A stretch of DNA of 64,000 nucleotides from Balanoglossus misakiensis (lineage: Eukaryota; Animalia; Hemichordata), in NCBI GenBank assembly GCA_040954595.2, contig CM082585.2, positions 14,814-78,813 on the forward strand, in the 5' to 3' direction. A model generated the notes under the pieces. That model was given only the letters and a program-made list of their open reading frames with translations, searched no databases and had not been told where the DNA came from. Numbering within the stretch: the stretch's first letter is position 1; each line of letters opens with the position of its first letter. This document shows, in pieces, positions 36,175-49,968 of this stretch. The position numbers and the translations under genes are program-made.

Positions 36175-38308
36175 CTCCTTCAGCACTTTACTGCCCTGTA
36201 GCTCACTGTGTGACACTTGTAGTTGTGCATTCATAACCAGAAGGACGTGGCCGAACCTAGCGAGTATGAACCTATCACAGAAAAAAATCAAAGAACGATG
36301 TTTACCACCATGGTTTGGTCCAACGATCCCTTATTAGAGAGATGTCCGTAATCACAGGTTTTACTGTACAATACCTCTTCAGTGGAATCATTGTGTTTCT
36401 CAAAGTGCATCACAATATCAACTCCAATGAGCATAACAGTTTAATTTTCTGTGTATGCCATGCTATAACACAGGGAAGTCACAAGAGTGATTTGCAGCCC
36501 AACTTACCAGTAACTGTTGAACAATCCACTACGGGTGACATGGTTGGACACTTGGATCCCGCTGGACAAGGCGTGCATGTGCCGTCGCCTTCCATAGCAT
36601 ATTCACCATTGCCACAGTCGAGCGGATCTTACATTGGATCTGAACACGATTGTCCAGCAGGGCACAGAAGACAGGATGTGCGTGCAGGCTCCTCACTTAT
36701 TTCATCTGATTAAAGAAAATGAGGTTTTTAGTGATGCATTTGTGATACAGTGTCATTTAAAATAACAAATTACTTGAGATGATTCACTTGATAATTCTGA
36801 GACAAGTATACAGGCATGTAGAAAATTCTTTGGAGGACATTAAACGTCATTTCTAATCAACCATTTTCTGAATATCATAAGACTCTGCGAGATCTCACAT
36901 GGCTAACCGGGTCTCGCAAGATCTCGCACTGAGTTGATAATCTGTTGTAAACACATACATACATACACACACACACACATACCCCCAGTCGCACTGACTT
37001 AAAAATCTGTTGTAAACACATACATGCATACACACATACCCCTCAGTTTCATCACACAGCAAACTGAACAAGTACCACAATCTTACCATTTGTACATATG
37101 GTACAGTTTGTTGCAGCAGCCAATGACACGTAACCCTTGGTACACTTGAATTGCGATGTACACTGATCTGTGCAGGCGTACCCTTGCTCACAAATAGTAC
37201 AATGTTCAGCACCAGCTGATCTGTAAATCAAACAGAGAATTTACACACCAAGTTAACCTTTGAATACCACTGTAAAAATTTGGTGCAAATTTTAATTATT
37301 TTCATAAATAGAGGTCTATTCAAATTTGGAAAAATTGTCATTTTTTTATTCATATATTATATCAGTAAATTTTAAATACAGAAATAGAAAATGTTCCCAT
37401 CCTATTTTTCAGTTAGTAAATTACCTGACCTAATGTTTGATGTTGGAAATAAAGGTGGGTGGGTAGAAGTTTACCTGTTATGCAAGAGGTACAGCGAGAC
37501 ATCCTTTGTCCAAAGCCGAACTGTAATAACCAGCCGAGCATAAAATCACAGTGTTACCATTTGGACATTGGTTACCAGCTGGGCAATCAGCACATGATAT
37601 TTGTGCTGAAAATAAACAGAGATTTATAGAATCTTATAGTCACAGTCATACCTTCAAAGACGTGGGATTCTCACGCGGGTTGGGGAGACAAAAATCTCTG
37701 GATTGATTTCGAGGACAGGAAAATGCCAAACCAGAGATATTGGTAACAGAAACTGTATACAGTCAATGCCATACGGCAGTGTGCTGTTCTAACAACAGAC
37801 AAGATCTTGACGATCATAGTCTGTGTCGGAGATTTGGAAAAGAGCAAATTTGGTGAAAAGACGGGACAAAACAATAGTCTACTTATACGATGCACATGAA
37901 AACTGGATGAAAGCGAAGCAGTCCACTATTTGAATGCATTGGATGTAAAATTGGCAGAATATTTGGACTGGACGTAATGTTTGTACGCACAGAATTACGT
38001 ACATGCACATAAGATGATCGTCCGCCTTAAGTGAAAGATTACTCAGTAATGCCCAAACTTTAAGTGCTGACTCATCATCTATATTAGTGTAGTATCCATC
38101 TTCACACACCTCTGGCTCCGACATACCATCATATTGGCACTTATACCCGGGGCAGGACAAGGCGTACAGTCTATACTTCCATTGTTGGCAAAATATCCCA
38201 GTCCGCATTATGTTGGTGATGAGAGGCTGGCTGTTCCACACATGAAACCCCTGGACACAGCGTGCATGCTTCAGAACATGCTGAACTTTAACTTCCAGCT
38301 GCGCAGTC
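36175..38308 (-). pseudogene. GCC2/GCC3-like Cys-rich exon cluster, copy A (36175-36271, 36508-36705, 37087-37215, 37475-37605, 38076-38308)
   Basis: Motifs such as CLLCPAGQSCSDP, CTPCPAGSKCP and CADCPAGNQCP, with stops, frameshifts and one GT>AT donor. Confidence 0.8.
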
Positions 38309-38774
38309 CTGTAGGAGTGAAGACGTCAAATATTAGGGAGGTTTAGGAGCCCTCTAGCCAGCAAACTTCATCAAGGATGTACGTGCAGAACATAAACCGG
38401 AAACACTGCGCGTCCGGTCACTAAATATCTGTTGAAGAGTTTCCATGGCAACCAATTTTTTTCAAAATGGCCGCAAATACAGATAATCACACCTGTTAAA
38501 CATCAAAATAAATTCAGATTACAATATTTGAAACAAGAAACTACGGAAAGAATGGTTTGCAATAGAGCTATGGTTATTAGACTACAAATGTACTTATAAG
38601 GGTAACTAAGGGATCAAAATACAGGTGCAACTTTCAATCCCTGGTTCTCGCATTAGTATAGGTGCTCCCCCTAGTCAAACATTACGGCTAGTTGCGATAT
38701 TTAACTTGAAGTACGTAAATTACACACACACGAATCGCAACAGTTAGCGAGTCACTAAATATCTATTGAAGAGT

Positions 38775-41404
38775 AACTATGCAGTATTCAAGATCCACCC
38801 TATCCACAATACGTGTGAACTTCTACTCTCTACATGGAATGTCCGCTCAGCTAGATGCAAATCATTAGACATTGCAGACTACATCACAGATAAAGACATT
38901 GATATTCTTGTACTCACTGAAACATGGTTGAAGGAATCTGGTGACGAACACGTAATGGCTGAATGTACACCACCAGGCTATGCTGTCAAACATCTACCTG
39001 GGGTTGGCAAGATCGGTGAAGACTTAGCTTAAATTCATAAGCTAGCACTAAAATTAACAGCTTGGAAGTCTATTCTCTCTGTTAAATCTTTTGAGACAGC
39101 GGAAGCAACTATTCTTCACCAGAAACTTTCCATGAAAATAATTCTTGTCTACCGTCCACCACCATCAGTTAAGAATAAATTCACCGCACCACAGTTCATG
39201 GAAGAGTTCAGTACAACACTTGAGAAGTATGTCACCTGCTCAAGTAATCTCTTCATCGTAGGAGATTTCAATATTCACCTAGAAGATGATAAGAATCCAG
39301 TAACACAGAAATTCAATGGAATCATCAGCGCCTGTAATCTGAAACAATGGGTCCAACAACCAACACACAGAAAGGGTCATACTCTTGATCTCATCTTATC
39401 TAACTCTGCGTCTAACATCAAGAGTGTCTCTGTAGACTGCTTGGAACTCTCTGATCACAATCCTGTCAATGCAAAACTTGCTCTTCCGAAACCAACACAC
39501 AGTAGACGTCAAATATCTCATCGTCGTATATGCCATTTCAATTGATAGTTTCAGCCATGATCTCGACAAAATACATCAAATGTCCTAGCCTCCAAATGAC
39601 CTCTCCTCAGCCATATCAGCTTATAACCAACACGTCAGTGAAGTTCTTCAAGCCCACGCACCACTTCAAAAGCGTACAGTGATCATACGTCCAGGTACCA
39701 AATGGTATACTCATGAAATCGACATTGCAAAAAAGAATAGACGGAAGGCTGAACATCTGTGGCGAAAAACTAAGCTGGAGATTCATCGTGAGATATATCA
39801 ACATGAGTGCAGAAATGTCAATCACTTAATCAGAGCTGCCAAAAAGTCATACTTCTCACATCTAATTGAGGAAAAGTATGGTAACCAGAAGTCACTATTT
39901 CAAATCATATCAACCATGGCTGGCAAGCAACAAGAAAAGACTCTACCTGACCATACTGCGAAAATAGACTTAGCAGATTCATTCAGTAAATATTTCATCA
40001 CTAAAATCACGTCTATCCGTTCCAGCCTTGACATGGTAAACCCTACTTCAAAAGATTACCAATTTCTGCACCCAGCAGTCTCATCAACACTTCCTGAATT
40101 CCACACAGCTAAAGACGAAGAAATCAGCAAAGTTATCTCTGGCTCTCCATCTAAAACACGTGTACTTGATCTCATCCCTACAGCACTTGTTAAGCAATGT
40201 CTTGGTAATCTGCTCACTATCATAGCCACAATTATCAATTTGTCACTCAAAACTGGAACTGTTCCTGAATAACTTAAAATAGCAGTCATCACACCAATGT
40301 ACTCAAGAAACCTTCGCTCGACAAAAACATTTTCAAGAACTATAGACCTGTTTCAAACCTAACCTTCCTGTCAAAAGTAATCAGGAAGATTGTAGCACAA
40401 CAACTGACATCATATTTGACTACCAACTCACTACAAGAACCACTGCAGTCAGCGTACCGAAAGGATCACAGTACCGAAACAGCACTTACTAAAGTCAACA
40501 ACGATATTTGTATGGCACTGGATAGTACATTAGACAAGATGGAAAGGGCAGTTCACGAAATAAAAACCTGGATGACACATAATAAACTTCAACTCAATGG
40601 TGGTAAACCCGAGGTACTCCTGATAAGGTCTCAGTTCAACCGCTCGCCTCGTCCCATAAACCACATGAGCATTGGATCATGTTGTGTTCAAATTGTGAAT
40701 TCTGCACGGAATATAGGTGTGACATTCGACGACAATTACACTTTCAATAAGCACATTAATGCAATTTGCAAGTCAATTTTCTTCCATCTGCGTCAAATCA
40801 GCCACATTCGCCATTACCTCACTAAGGAAGTTTACCAGATGCTGGTTCATGCTCTAATCACATCAAAACTGGACTACTGTAATGCACTACTCTGTGGTTT
40901 ACCATCATCATGCATTCAACCGCTACAGCATGCCCTGAATTCTGCAGCCAGGATCGTTTCTCGTACCCGTAAAACGGATCATATTACTCTTGTTCTCATG
41001 GATTTACATTGGCTGCCTGTACACTATAGAATCCAATACAAGATCTTGCTTATGACATATAAGGCATTAAACAGCACAGCACCAGCTTATATCACTGACT
41101 TAATCCATCTGAAAACTTCAACAAGACTTCTTCGTTCAAATGACAAATTTCTACTTCATGTACCATGGAGTAAGAAGAAAACGTACGGCGATCGTGCTTT
41201 TTCGTATATCGCCCCACTCATTTGGAACAATGTCCCAATAGAAGTATGCCAGTCACCTAGCCTTGACAGTTTCAAGAAACACATCAAGACTTATCTGTTT
41301 AACAGAGCCTATTAACAGTAACTTTACATTGTAAAGCGCTATTGAACACTATTGCAGTGGAGTTTGGTGCTCTATAAGTCCTTTTGATTGACTGATTGAT
41401 TGAT
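38775..41404 (+). mobile_element. L2/CR1-group LINE, decayed ORF2 (APE endonuclease, partial RT, C-terminus) with (TTGA)n tail
   Basis: Motifs WNVRS, LTETWL, YRPP, GDFNIH, HTLDL, SDH, YRPVSNL, QSAYR..HSTETAL, LDYCN and LHWLP. Several frameshifts; RT core missing near 40520. Confidence 0.93.
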
Positions 41405-41890
41405 GAACAGTTTACCACCTTAGCTAAACACATAAACAGATCACCGATACTTCCGAATAGCGCGTGTATGAGGGCTTGGCTAACTTGTGACCTCAGTAAC
41501 GATCATGTGAAAATGTCCATTTTGTTTGGTCGGGCATTGATTCTTGTCGGCAAAAACTGCCATAGGAAATTATAAATTTAAGTCAAATTGCTGAAACAAT
41601 AAATAATAGTCCATGTGTCTTGATACTTCAGTTCATGCATCGGTTCGACTCTTTCTGTAGTCGGCTACCCAAATTTATTGGGAAGTTCGGCCTTTTACAC
41701 ATTAATACGGTACGTGTGGTTTTCGATCATATCCTACCGGTCTTATTGGTTGACATTATTTGGCAGTGTGCTATAAGCATATTACATCCTACATCAAACC
41801 AAAATAAAGCTTGTGATACTTTGACCATCAGTTTTTGTTTACTTTTAGGCGCTAGTGAAATTCAAGCTCAGTAATAACTTTACAACTGAC

Positions 41891-42230
41891 TTATTAGGGG
41901 CCCAAGCCCCTATGGGCGGGGCCCCTATTGGTATTACTGGCGTTTTTGGGGGCCCAAGCCCCTATGAGCGGGGCCCCTATTGGTATTGCTGGCATTTTTC
42001 TTCTTCTTGGGCACTTTCATCGGCCACTATGATCTTGAAAACGGCTAAACCTACAATTCTCAAATTTGGCACAGTGATGCAGGCCAATGAGATCTGGTGC
42101 AGTACGTCCGTGAATGTTAAATTAGTCAAGTGACCTGATGACCATATAAGGGCGAAATTTTCAAATTAGGGTATGCCGATTTTGAGAAGAAGATTTTTGA
42201 TCATTATATTTCATATTTTTTCATTGACCA
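41891..42230 (+). mobile_element. Non-autonomous repeat starting with a tandem hairpin (TTATTAGGGGCCC..GGGCCCCTATTG), possibly Helentron-associated (HINE/DINE-like)
   Basis: Two ~54-bp hairpin units here and three at ~62376-62520; family assignment is by architecture only. Confidence 0.45.
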
Positions 42231-42981
42231 TGGGGGGGGGGGGGGGGTCTGGACTAAGGCATATGCTTTACTATACCTGCATAGTAAAGCTATGACAACA
42301 TCGATTTAAATAATAACACATGTTAGCGAGGGCAATATCATGATCTTTTGCCTGCACAAGGGATGGTGATCTTTGACCTTAATAATATTCATGATGCCCG
42401 AGCCGCAGGGAAGGGCATCATCAATATGTTTCGATGTGTGACGTTACCAGCACATTCCAGAAGACAGCATGGCATCGTCTGTACAAGTTGAGTGAAATAC
42501 TTAGAAAGATATCGCCACATACAGTGACCGATCTGCCTGGGCTGCGTTCATGTTTTTCTCTTGAAATCATGGACAGTGTTATACACCTCTGTATCAATGC
42601 TGTTTTAGTGACTTTTTCACACCCGTTCTTTTTGTTTTGAGTGAATAGGATAGTCAACTAACTACTGCTGGACAATGGGTGTGAGTTTCATGGCTCTCAC
42701 ATGATGGGGTAATCTGGGGTAACATTTTGAAAATACCATGTCATTTTCAGAACGCAGTTACGGTGTATGTGCATGTGAACAGTGATACATGTACATGTGT
42801 AGGTCGGAAATTTAGATCGGGTATACACGTCTGCATCTAACACTCAAACTGCAATATTGCCAAACGTGTGTATTATACACGATATACTACATGTAGTAAT
42901 TCTATTAGATTTAGTCTGCAGTGGTCAATATAATATACGGAAACTAAATATGTCGATCGGATTTGATCTTTCACAGGTCCA

Positions 42982-43119
42982 GCTGTGGTTGCGCAGAACA
43001 CGTCTCCATTTATGGAGTGAACAGGGACTGCTGTACGCATGTGCACATCTGAGTTCAAGAGGTTACACGTACTGCGGTTGCGCAGAACACGTCTCCATTT
43101 ATGGAGTGAACAGGGACTG
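42982..43119 (+). repeat. Direct repeat of about 48 bp with a 90-bp period
   Basis: CTGYGGTTGCGCAGAACACGTCTCCATTTATGGAGTGAACAGGGACTG twice; also at ~63503-63639. Confidence 0.8.
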
Positions 43120-43760
43120 ACCAAGGGGCCGAAATGAGAAGCCAAATTTCGGGTGACCCCTTGACCTTTGACCCACCTTGAAAAACATATATCTATTTCT
43201 ACGCTAACTAATACACCTAGGGAGCTGATTTTTGGTGGACAGGTACAACTATTGGACCAAATCATTTCGCCGCAATGTCACATGACCTTGGTGACCTTTG
43301 AACATAAATGCTCATAAGTACGTAACTATTAGACCGACAGACTTCATATTTGATGGGATGAAGCATACACATGTACTTGTTACCCCTTGACCTTTGACCT
43401 AATTAATTATGTGCATACCTAATTCTAGGCTTACCAATAGGGCTAGAGGTTTTGTTTCTGTTGGACATGGACAAGTGTGGGGTCCAATTTTTCCATAAAT
43501 TTTGGGTGACCTCAGGTGATCTACTTTCTCATATCTCGGCCTCCAGAGCAGGTACAGCCTTAGCATTTCAAGGGATGGGACTAAAATGAAAAGCCGAATT
43601 TTGAGGTCACCTGTACAACTGCTTAACTCATTAATTATGTGCATACCTAATTCCAGGCGAACCAATAGGGCTGAAGGTTTGGTTTCTGATGGACCTGGAC
43701 CAGTATGGGGTCAAAAATTTTTGCCCAAATTTCGTGTGACCTCAGATGACCATTGTGGCT
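43120..43760. repeat. TGACCT-rich interspersed repeat with internal ~230-bp duplication, related in reverse to ~25200-25520
   Basis: TAATTATGTGCATACCTAATT occurs at ~43404 and ~43632. ATATCTCGGCCTCCAGAGCAG is roughly the reverse complement of CTGCTTTGGATGCTGAGATAT at ~25302. Confidence 0.55.
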
Positions 43761-44064
43761 TGCAGCTATATTTTAACCCTAATGCTACTAGGTGTCATAC
43801 CTGTTTAGAGTGTCAAGTCCCTTAAAATATGTATTTGCCATTTTTTCTCCCTAAACGTATTTTGACTGTCTTGCCATGGCTCTCATAACTTAGACACACT
43901 TGGCAGTCTAAGCCCCCCTTACATGTACTAAATCGTACTGGTTTGCTCTGGTTTGGTTTGAACGTCTTGTATAGGCCCTACTGCGTAACACGCCCTTGGC
44001 AGCCTAACAGGCCTGGGAGCCAGGATTCTAGGCACCCTGGATATCAAACTGACTTGGCAGCGTT

Positions 44065-44485
44065 AGGGTTAAAACTATGTATAATCACATACTAGATGTT
44101 TGAAAAATGGCAATGTCTTTTCTAAATGTTATCCATCCAAAGGGATCTGACAAGGGTGTCCCCTGTCAGCACTTCAGTTTTTGTTTGTCATAGCAATTTT
44201 TGCGACTGTTATATTAGACTTAGAGTTGACTCAAAGATAAATGGTGTCTACGATTCCAAACACATAAAAATTACACCAGTTCTGGACGACACAACATTAT
44301 TTTATTTGATGAGAGTAGTGTTCATCATGCCATTAATATTGTCAACAAATTTGTTAGTTTTAGAAACCCAACTAAATACACGAAAAGTTGGGCTTTAGAT
44401 TGGTTAACTGAAAATCAGGCCGATTGCAATTTTTCGGGATTAAGTGGCCCGATGCTCCCAACAAGTCACTTGGAATGTACTTTCA
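44065..44485 (+). mobile_element. Old L1/Tx1-clade reverse transcriptase fragment
   Basis: Frame-broken motifs GI*QGCPLSA, KHIKIT..DDTTLF and FGIKWP...KSLGMYF. Confidence 0.75.
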
Positions 44486-44815
44486 TTCTAATATTGTCAT
44501 TTATTAGCATGGAGTAATCTTACTTTTTACCATAAGGGTGGAACCATGATTCATTCTCAAGAGGGGTCTGGTACCAATACTCATAATGGCCTTCGATACC
44601 GGCAGGCATGTATAGCCTATGGCTACGCCCAGTATGAGGTGGTGATTCATACTGTTGGTTGTATGGACTAGCTAGGTTCGGTGACAGCGACACAAATTTT
44701 CATGCAGATCTTGATTACACTTGTAGAGAAAAACAAAAAAATCTACATATTGAAAGAAATGGTGATACTTTGAACTGTATAAATTATTAACCCAAGACAA
44801 TAAATCAAAACTTAC

Positions 44816-44938
44816 TTTGTTCACAAAGGTCACCAGTGTAACAATTCTGACAGAAACATGTGTACAGTTCACATGATCCAGATGTCATCTGGCAGAAACC
44901 ACTCTTCAAGCACAGATTGGGATCACATTGGTTGATTC
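44816..44938 (-). pseudogene. Intact 123-bp EGF-like exon GINQCDPNLCLKSGFCQMTSGSCELYTCFCQNCYTGDLCEQ
   Basis: ccAG/GTAAG boundaries, 8 Cys. Confidence 0.9.
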
Positions 44939-45132
44939 CTGGTTTTCAATACACAAGAAAGTTGGGACGATGAGCAATGGGGCAGAGACTGATCATCAAA
45001 CATTTGAGACAGGGAATTCCAACACATTAGATCATTAAGTTAAATATGCAAAGCAAATCAGAAAAGAGAATCAGAAGATTTTCTCCGAAGGACACCTTGC
45101 AAATTCATGATTGGAAAGACACTGCAGTCACA

Positions 45133-46320
45133 TGTATATTGTAGTGTCCAAACACTAGTGAGCATCTATACTTTATACATTCTGTAAAATGACGTAATGC
45201 AACATTCGGGTCATTATGAATAAAGTGCGTGAACGAGGCTAGGCACTCTCACTCTTACATGCCGGACTTGGTGTCTCGTGTTGTCATTATTGCCCACCCA
45301 CGATTCTATATTTGGCGACGAGGACGGAGAACATGGAGAATCAGCTAGCCATCAATGCCGAGTTTTCCTGTTCATTCAGACCCGACAACCACCAGTACGA
45401 GATGGAAAAAGTACATGGCTAGAGTAGAAAACGCATCTGTCGCATTCAACATTACAGATGACAAGCCACAACGTGCACTGCTATTGCACTGGGCAGGTGA
45501 GGAAGTTTCCGACTTCTTTGATACTCTACCAGATACAGGAACGAGCTGTGAAACAGCCAAATTAAAGCTTACGTCGTACTTCTCACCCAAACGGAACATT
45601 GAATACGAACGATTCATCTTCAGAGACACCATACAAAACAACGGCGAATCGATTGATGCCTATCACACTTGTTTGCAACGCCTAGCAGAAACATATGTGA
45701 CTTCACCAAAAAGGATCAAGAGGTCAAATCACAAATCATACGAGGATTCACATCAGCCCGTCTCAGACGTCGTGCTCTTCGGGAGGAGACGACACTAGAG
45801 AATATACTGAGTACAGCCATTCATTTGAGGTATCAGAGGTTCAGGCTAGTGGGATTGAGGAGAAAACCCAAAATAATGGTGCAGATACGGCATCTGTGAA
45901 TGCGGTCAGAAAACAGCGCCACCAACGCCCAAAACCAAATAAACAAAAGAGAGCTCATCAGCAGCCAGCGAAAGGACCGTCCACTTGTTATTATTGTGGT
46001 GGCATCCACATGACTCAGTATGTCCAGCTAAAGGCAAGTCATGCAGGAAGTGTGGCAAACATAACCATTTTGCCAAATGCTGCCGATCAAAAGGCAAGGC
46101 AAATAGGGTAGACAAGGATGAAACTGTCAAAGCTGTGCATAAAGTGGAAGACAGCTCGGGAGATGAATACTGCTTCACTGCACAACAATCAAATGGCAGG
46201 AGGCCTCGAGTAACAGTGCAAATAGAACAAACAGCAGTTGCCTCACTGATCGACCCTGGTTCTACAATAAACATGCTGAGTGTAAACACATACAACAACC
46301 TAAAGAACAAACCCATGTGG
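45133..46320 (+). mobile_element. Truncated Ty3/Gypsy LTR retrotransposon: probable 5' LTR, PBS, gag with zinc knuckles, protease start
   Basis: PBS TGGCGACGAGG at 45313-45323 (complementary to the 3' end of tRNA-Ser GCU), AATAAA at ~45218, and motifs ALLLHWAG, YFSPKRNIEYERFIFR, CRKCGKHNHFAKCC and LIDPGS. Frameshifted; LTR limits approximate. Confidence 0.88.
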
Positions 46321-46821
46321 CAAACAGAAAGCCCGTTTTACCACTGCCAGCAGTGCATTATTGAGTATTTTAGCATCGCTGGATTTAGCTCTCGTCCAAT
46401 CAGAATTGCGGACGGTAGCATGATATAATATAATTGAGAATAAATCTCACGACAAGTGTACAGTTTGACAATGTACACAGATAATCCGTTTCAACAATGT
46501 TTCCTTTGTAGTGTGAATAAAACTGCACACTTTGCAAGTTTTCAACTTCAAAACACTATGGCTATTACAGAGACAAAGCTGCTAATATACAGTGTATACC
46601 TGTCATTTTTGTTTGTGGTGAGATTTTCATTGGCACAGTCGCACAGAGCTCACACAAGAGGAAATTACACTTTCTGTTGAATTCACTGCATCCTGCTAAC
46701 TTTAAGTCATATATCCACTGAAACATTAAGTTATAGAATTTTCCATCACAGTATTCTGTTTTATATACATGTATAGCAGTCCCACACATATTGATTAATT
46801 TGACAAAAGAAACTGACTGAC

Positions 46822-46937
46822 AATTTTCACAGCGCTCCCAGTATAGCATCCTTGGCAGGTGCACGTCAATGCCACACACGAGGTTAGGGTTGGCAAGTGC
46901 TGCCATTTTGACATGGGTTGTTAGCACTGATCAATTC
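46822..46937 (-). pseudogene. Heavily frameshifted EGF-like exon (GIDQC..NPCQNGSTCQ..SCVALTCTCQGCYTG..CE)
   Basis: 116 bp with AG/GT bounds and several small deletions. Confidence 0.75.
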
Positions 46938-47884
46938 CTACGCATGACAGAAAAATGAAGAATTAGGCTATGGGCCGGACCTGCCTATCGTTTCAAAATG
47001 CACTCTGTATATTAGGGTCTATTTCTTTTACATAAAAAACAAGTCTTCTTGCTCTAATATGATAAAAGAAAAAAACTTCAACTTAAATATTGCGTCCTCA
47101 GAGGTAATATCGAGCCCTAAAAATCAGGTATGCTAATGCGGTTAAAGGTCGTGCAGTTCTCCTTACAACAAGCGATCTGATTGGTGGTTACGTGACTGCA
47201 CCAATCACAGAATGCGTTATGTCACTCAGCAATTACACACACAGGGCAAACTATCAGGCAGCTACATGTATACTAGTATACATGTTACAGAAGATTAAAC
47301 AGAATTTTTGGTAAGGAAAGTCCTAGACTAGTCCATTCAATGTAAAATATGGTGCTAATTCCAAAAAAGTCAGTCTTATTGACCCCTTTCAAGACAAAAT
47401 TGCCATTTTTGCCACTTTTAACCCAAAAGGTCATTTAAAAAACACTCAAAACACACTGTTTTCATCACATTCGGATATCTGATGACATTTGAGGATTATG
47501 CGGAAACAGTGACACACCAGAATAAAAATTACAGGTGACATTTGCAAGCAGATATGATCTGACCATGTAGAAATATGGAATGTAAAAACATTAACAAGGA
47601 ACATGCCCAATAAACTGTCATGTGTCCTGGCAGTCTTACAAGTGGTGCTAGAAAAAAAATTGACCAAAAATTGTCTGTACAAACACACATGCGAAGCAAC
47701 TTCTTTCAGTCAGTCCTGGAACAGACACACACTGACCTGCCACTGGTAATTAAAATTTGATAGCTGGTGGTCTCTGTAACAGCTGGCCTATTTAAGTTAT
47801 GTAAACATGTCTTTGTTTGAGGTAACAACTCCTTGTAAATAGTAACTTTAGAAATAACTGGACAATTTGTTTAGGAGAAGATTT

Positions 47885-48765
47885 GCTAACCAAAAACAAA
47901 GAAACTTACCAAAAAAACTCGCTAAATATTTAATCTTTCTGATCTCAGAATTGAATAAAAGTTGCACATATACAGGTATGTGTTATGAAATTATATCCTA
48001 AATTTCAAAGCAATCAGAGAAAAAACTAATTTCAAAGCAATCCAACAAGCAGTTTCACAGAAAATATTTGTTCAAATGTGGCAAAAACACAAATATGCAA
48101 ATATCACCAAAATTGTACAATATCTTACTTCAATCACTACAAGGAACATGCTGCCAAAGTTCAATGCAATAGGACAAGCGGTTTCAGAGAAAACAATTTT
48201 TGACAAAAATTGCAAAAGTTTCCCCGATAACACATTTATGCAAATATCACATTTTTTTACAACATATTATTTAGGTTACCCCTACGAATATGCCTACCAA
48301 ATTGCAAAGCAATCTGGCATGAGGTTTTAAAGAAAAACATTTTTTGACCAAAAATGGCAACTATTGCTCAAAATTATAGATATGCAAATTTTGCAACAAT
48401 TTGAATAAAACTATGGTTACTTAGACAACCATTAGGAAGCTTCATACTAAATTTCAAAGACTTTTTACCCATAACATGGAAAAATACAAAAAAATGCATA
48501 AAAAATAGGAAATCGATAATATTAGCTCAAAACATACAGGATTGTATGAGGTTGATATAAGGTTAATGCATACCAATTTTCAAATCAATATGACCAGTGG
48601 TTGTCCAGTTTTTGAGTTTTGACCAATTTCACATTTTCCCAGCTAATTTGCATATTTTTGGCAATGACATCTTCATTTGAACAAACATCCATCCATCCAT
48701 CCATACATACAGACGTAACCAATCCCATAAGGTACCATGGTACATACCAATGGGACCTAAAAACT
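47885..48765 (-). mobile_element. Non-autonomous repeat with terminal hairpin and microsatellite (HINE/DINE-like architecture)
   Basis: Hairpin TCCCAT..GTACCATGGTAC..ATGGGA at ~48723-48755 beside (CATC)n/(CATA)n, with internal ATGCAAAT/AAATTTCAAAG subrepeats. Confidence 0.5.
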
Positions 48766-48775
48766 TGTGACTTAC

Positions 48776-48898
48776 ATGTAACACATGTTTGCCCAGTGTA
48801 GCAGGTTGGACAGTTGCAGGTGTAGATTGAGCAGGAGCCTTGAAGTGGCTGATACACTCCGTTATTCAGACATGGGTTTAGAAGACACTGGTTGATCG
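48776..48898 (-). pseudogene. 123-bp EGF-like exon AINQCLLNPCLNNGVYQPLQGSCSIYTCNCPTCYTGQTCVT (third Cys to Tyr)
   Basis: ttAG/GTAAG boundaries, open frame. Confidence 0.88.
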
Positions 48899-49342
48899 CT
48901 AAGGGTGAGAGAAATGAAAAGTATCACATTAGGGTCTTACACACTTGAGTGGGAAGTGAAATCTGTAGCAGACTGTCAGAAGATTGCACATCCGTGTGAT
49001 CATGTTCATGTGTGAAGGATAATGAAGACCACTTGATCCAAGCTTGGTGCTACCATCTATATCATAATTACAGCATCTTATAATATTTACTAGTTGGGGG
49101 TGGGGTGGGGTGGGGGTGGGGGCAGTTGATGTCATAACTTTCTGATGTTTCAATTTACGGTTGGAAAAATAGCAACACACTGATGAGCATTTGAGTCAAT
49201 GAAAATATTCATCATGGCTACGGTAGTGCATATAAGTCTCTTGGTTAGCTGCACAATCACAGGCAACTTTATTGAGACAATATCAATGACAAAGCCCAGC
49301 GATTTCTACTTTGTGCAGGAAATCTGACACTGGTTTGCTTAC

Positions 49343-49460
49343 GTTCAGCGCACGTGGTTCCGATCAAAACAGCGCGGACTCTGGCATCTGAACTCGGTGC
49401 AGGACACTTGCTGGCAGAATCCACTGTTTAGACAAGGGTTGGGCTGACACGGATTCAAAT
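49343..49460 (-). pseudogene. EGF-like exon DLNPCQPNPCLNSGFCQQVSCTEFRCQSPRCF.. with a +1 frameshift
   Basis: 118 bp with AG/GTAAG boundaries. Confidence 0.82.
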
Positions 49461-49845
49461 CTGTGCACAGAAGAGAAAGTGATATAAATTGTGTACAGTT
49501 AATATTTACTACATATACTTTAAAACAGATTTGTGCAGTCAGGGTTGAGTGGTAAAAATCTCAGTTGGTCAACAGAACATCACTGTGACAAATTTCTTCC
49601 ATGTTCAACAAAAGAAAAGTAATGAAATTTTGACACAGGTGTAATAGTGTCTTAGTGTACCATACGATGCAGGTTGTTGTTTGGTCAAATACACAATCCC
49701 CTTTTATGGCACACACATTCTTAATAAATTTCCCCAAAATTGTGTCGTTATTCACTGTTTGATACAGGTTGGAAGAAACCAACTGCAAGCCGATTATGTG
49801 TTATGTTATTATGTTCCTCTTCATCTGAAATTTAAAATCACTCAC

Positions 49846-49968
49846 ATGTCTGACATAAATCGCCGGAGTAACAGCTTGTACAGGAGCATGTGAATTCAGT
49901 ACACCAATTGGGCGTCAGCACACAGTTTCCACCATTCCGACACTGGATGGGTTGACACTGGTTGACAG
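49846..49968 (-). pseudogene. Intact 123-bp EGF-like exon AVNQCQPIQCRNGGNCVLTPNWCTEFTCSCTSCYSGDLCQT
   Basis: acAG/GTGAG boundaries, 8 Cys. Confidence 0.88.

Larger units (their letters stand above)
30706..43327 (+). repeat. Segmental duplication, copy A
   Basis: Colinear high identity with 49978-63857, from GTGCAGTCAAGATATTGTC to CTCATAAGTACGTAACT. Confidence 0.95.
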
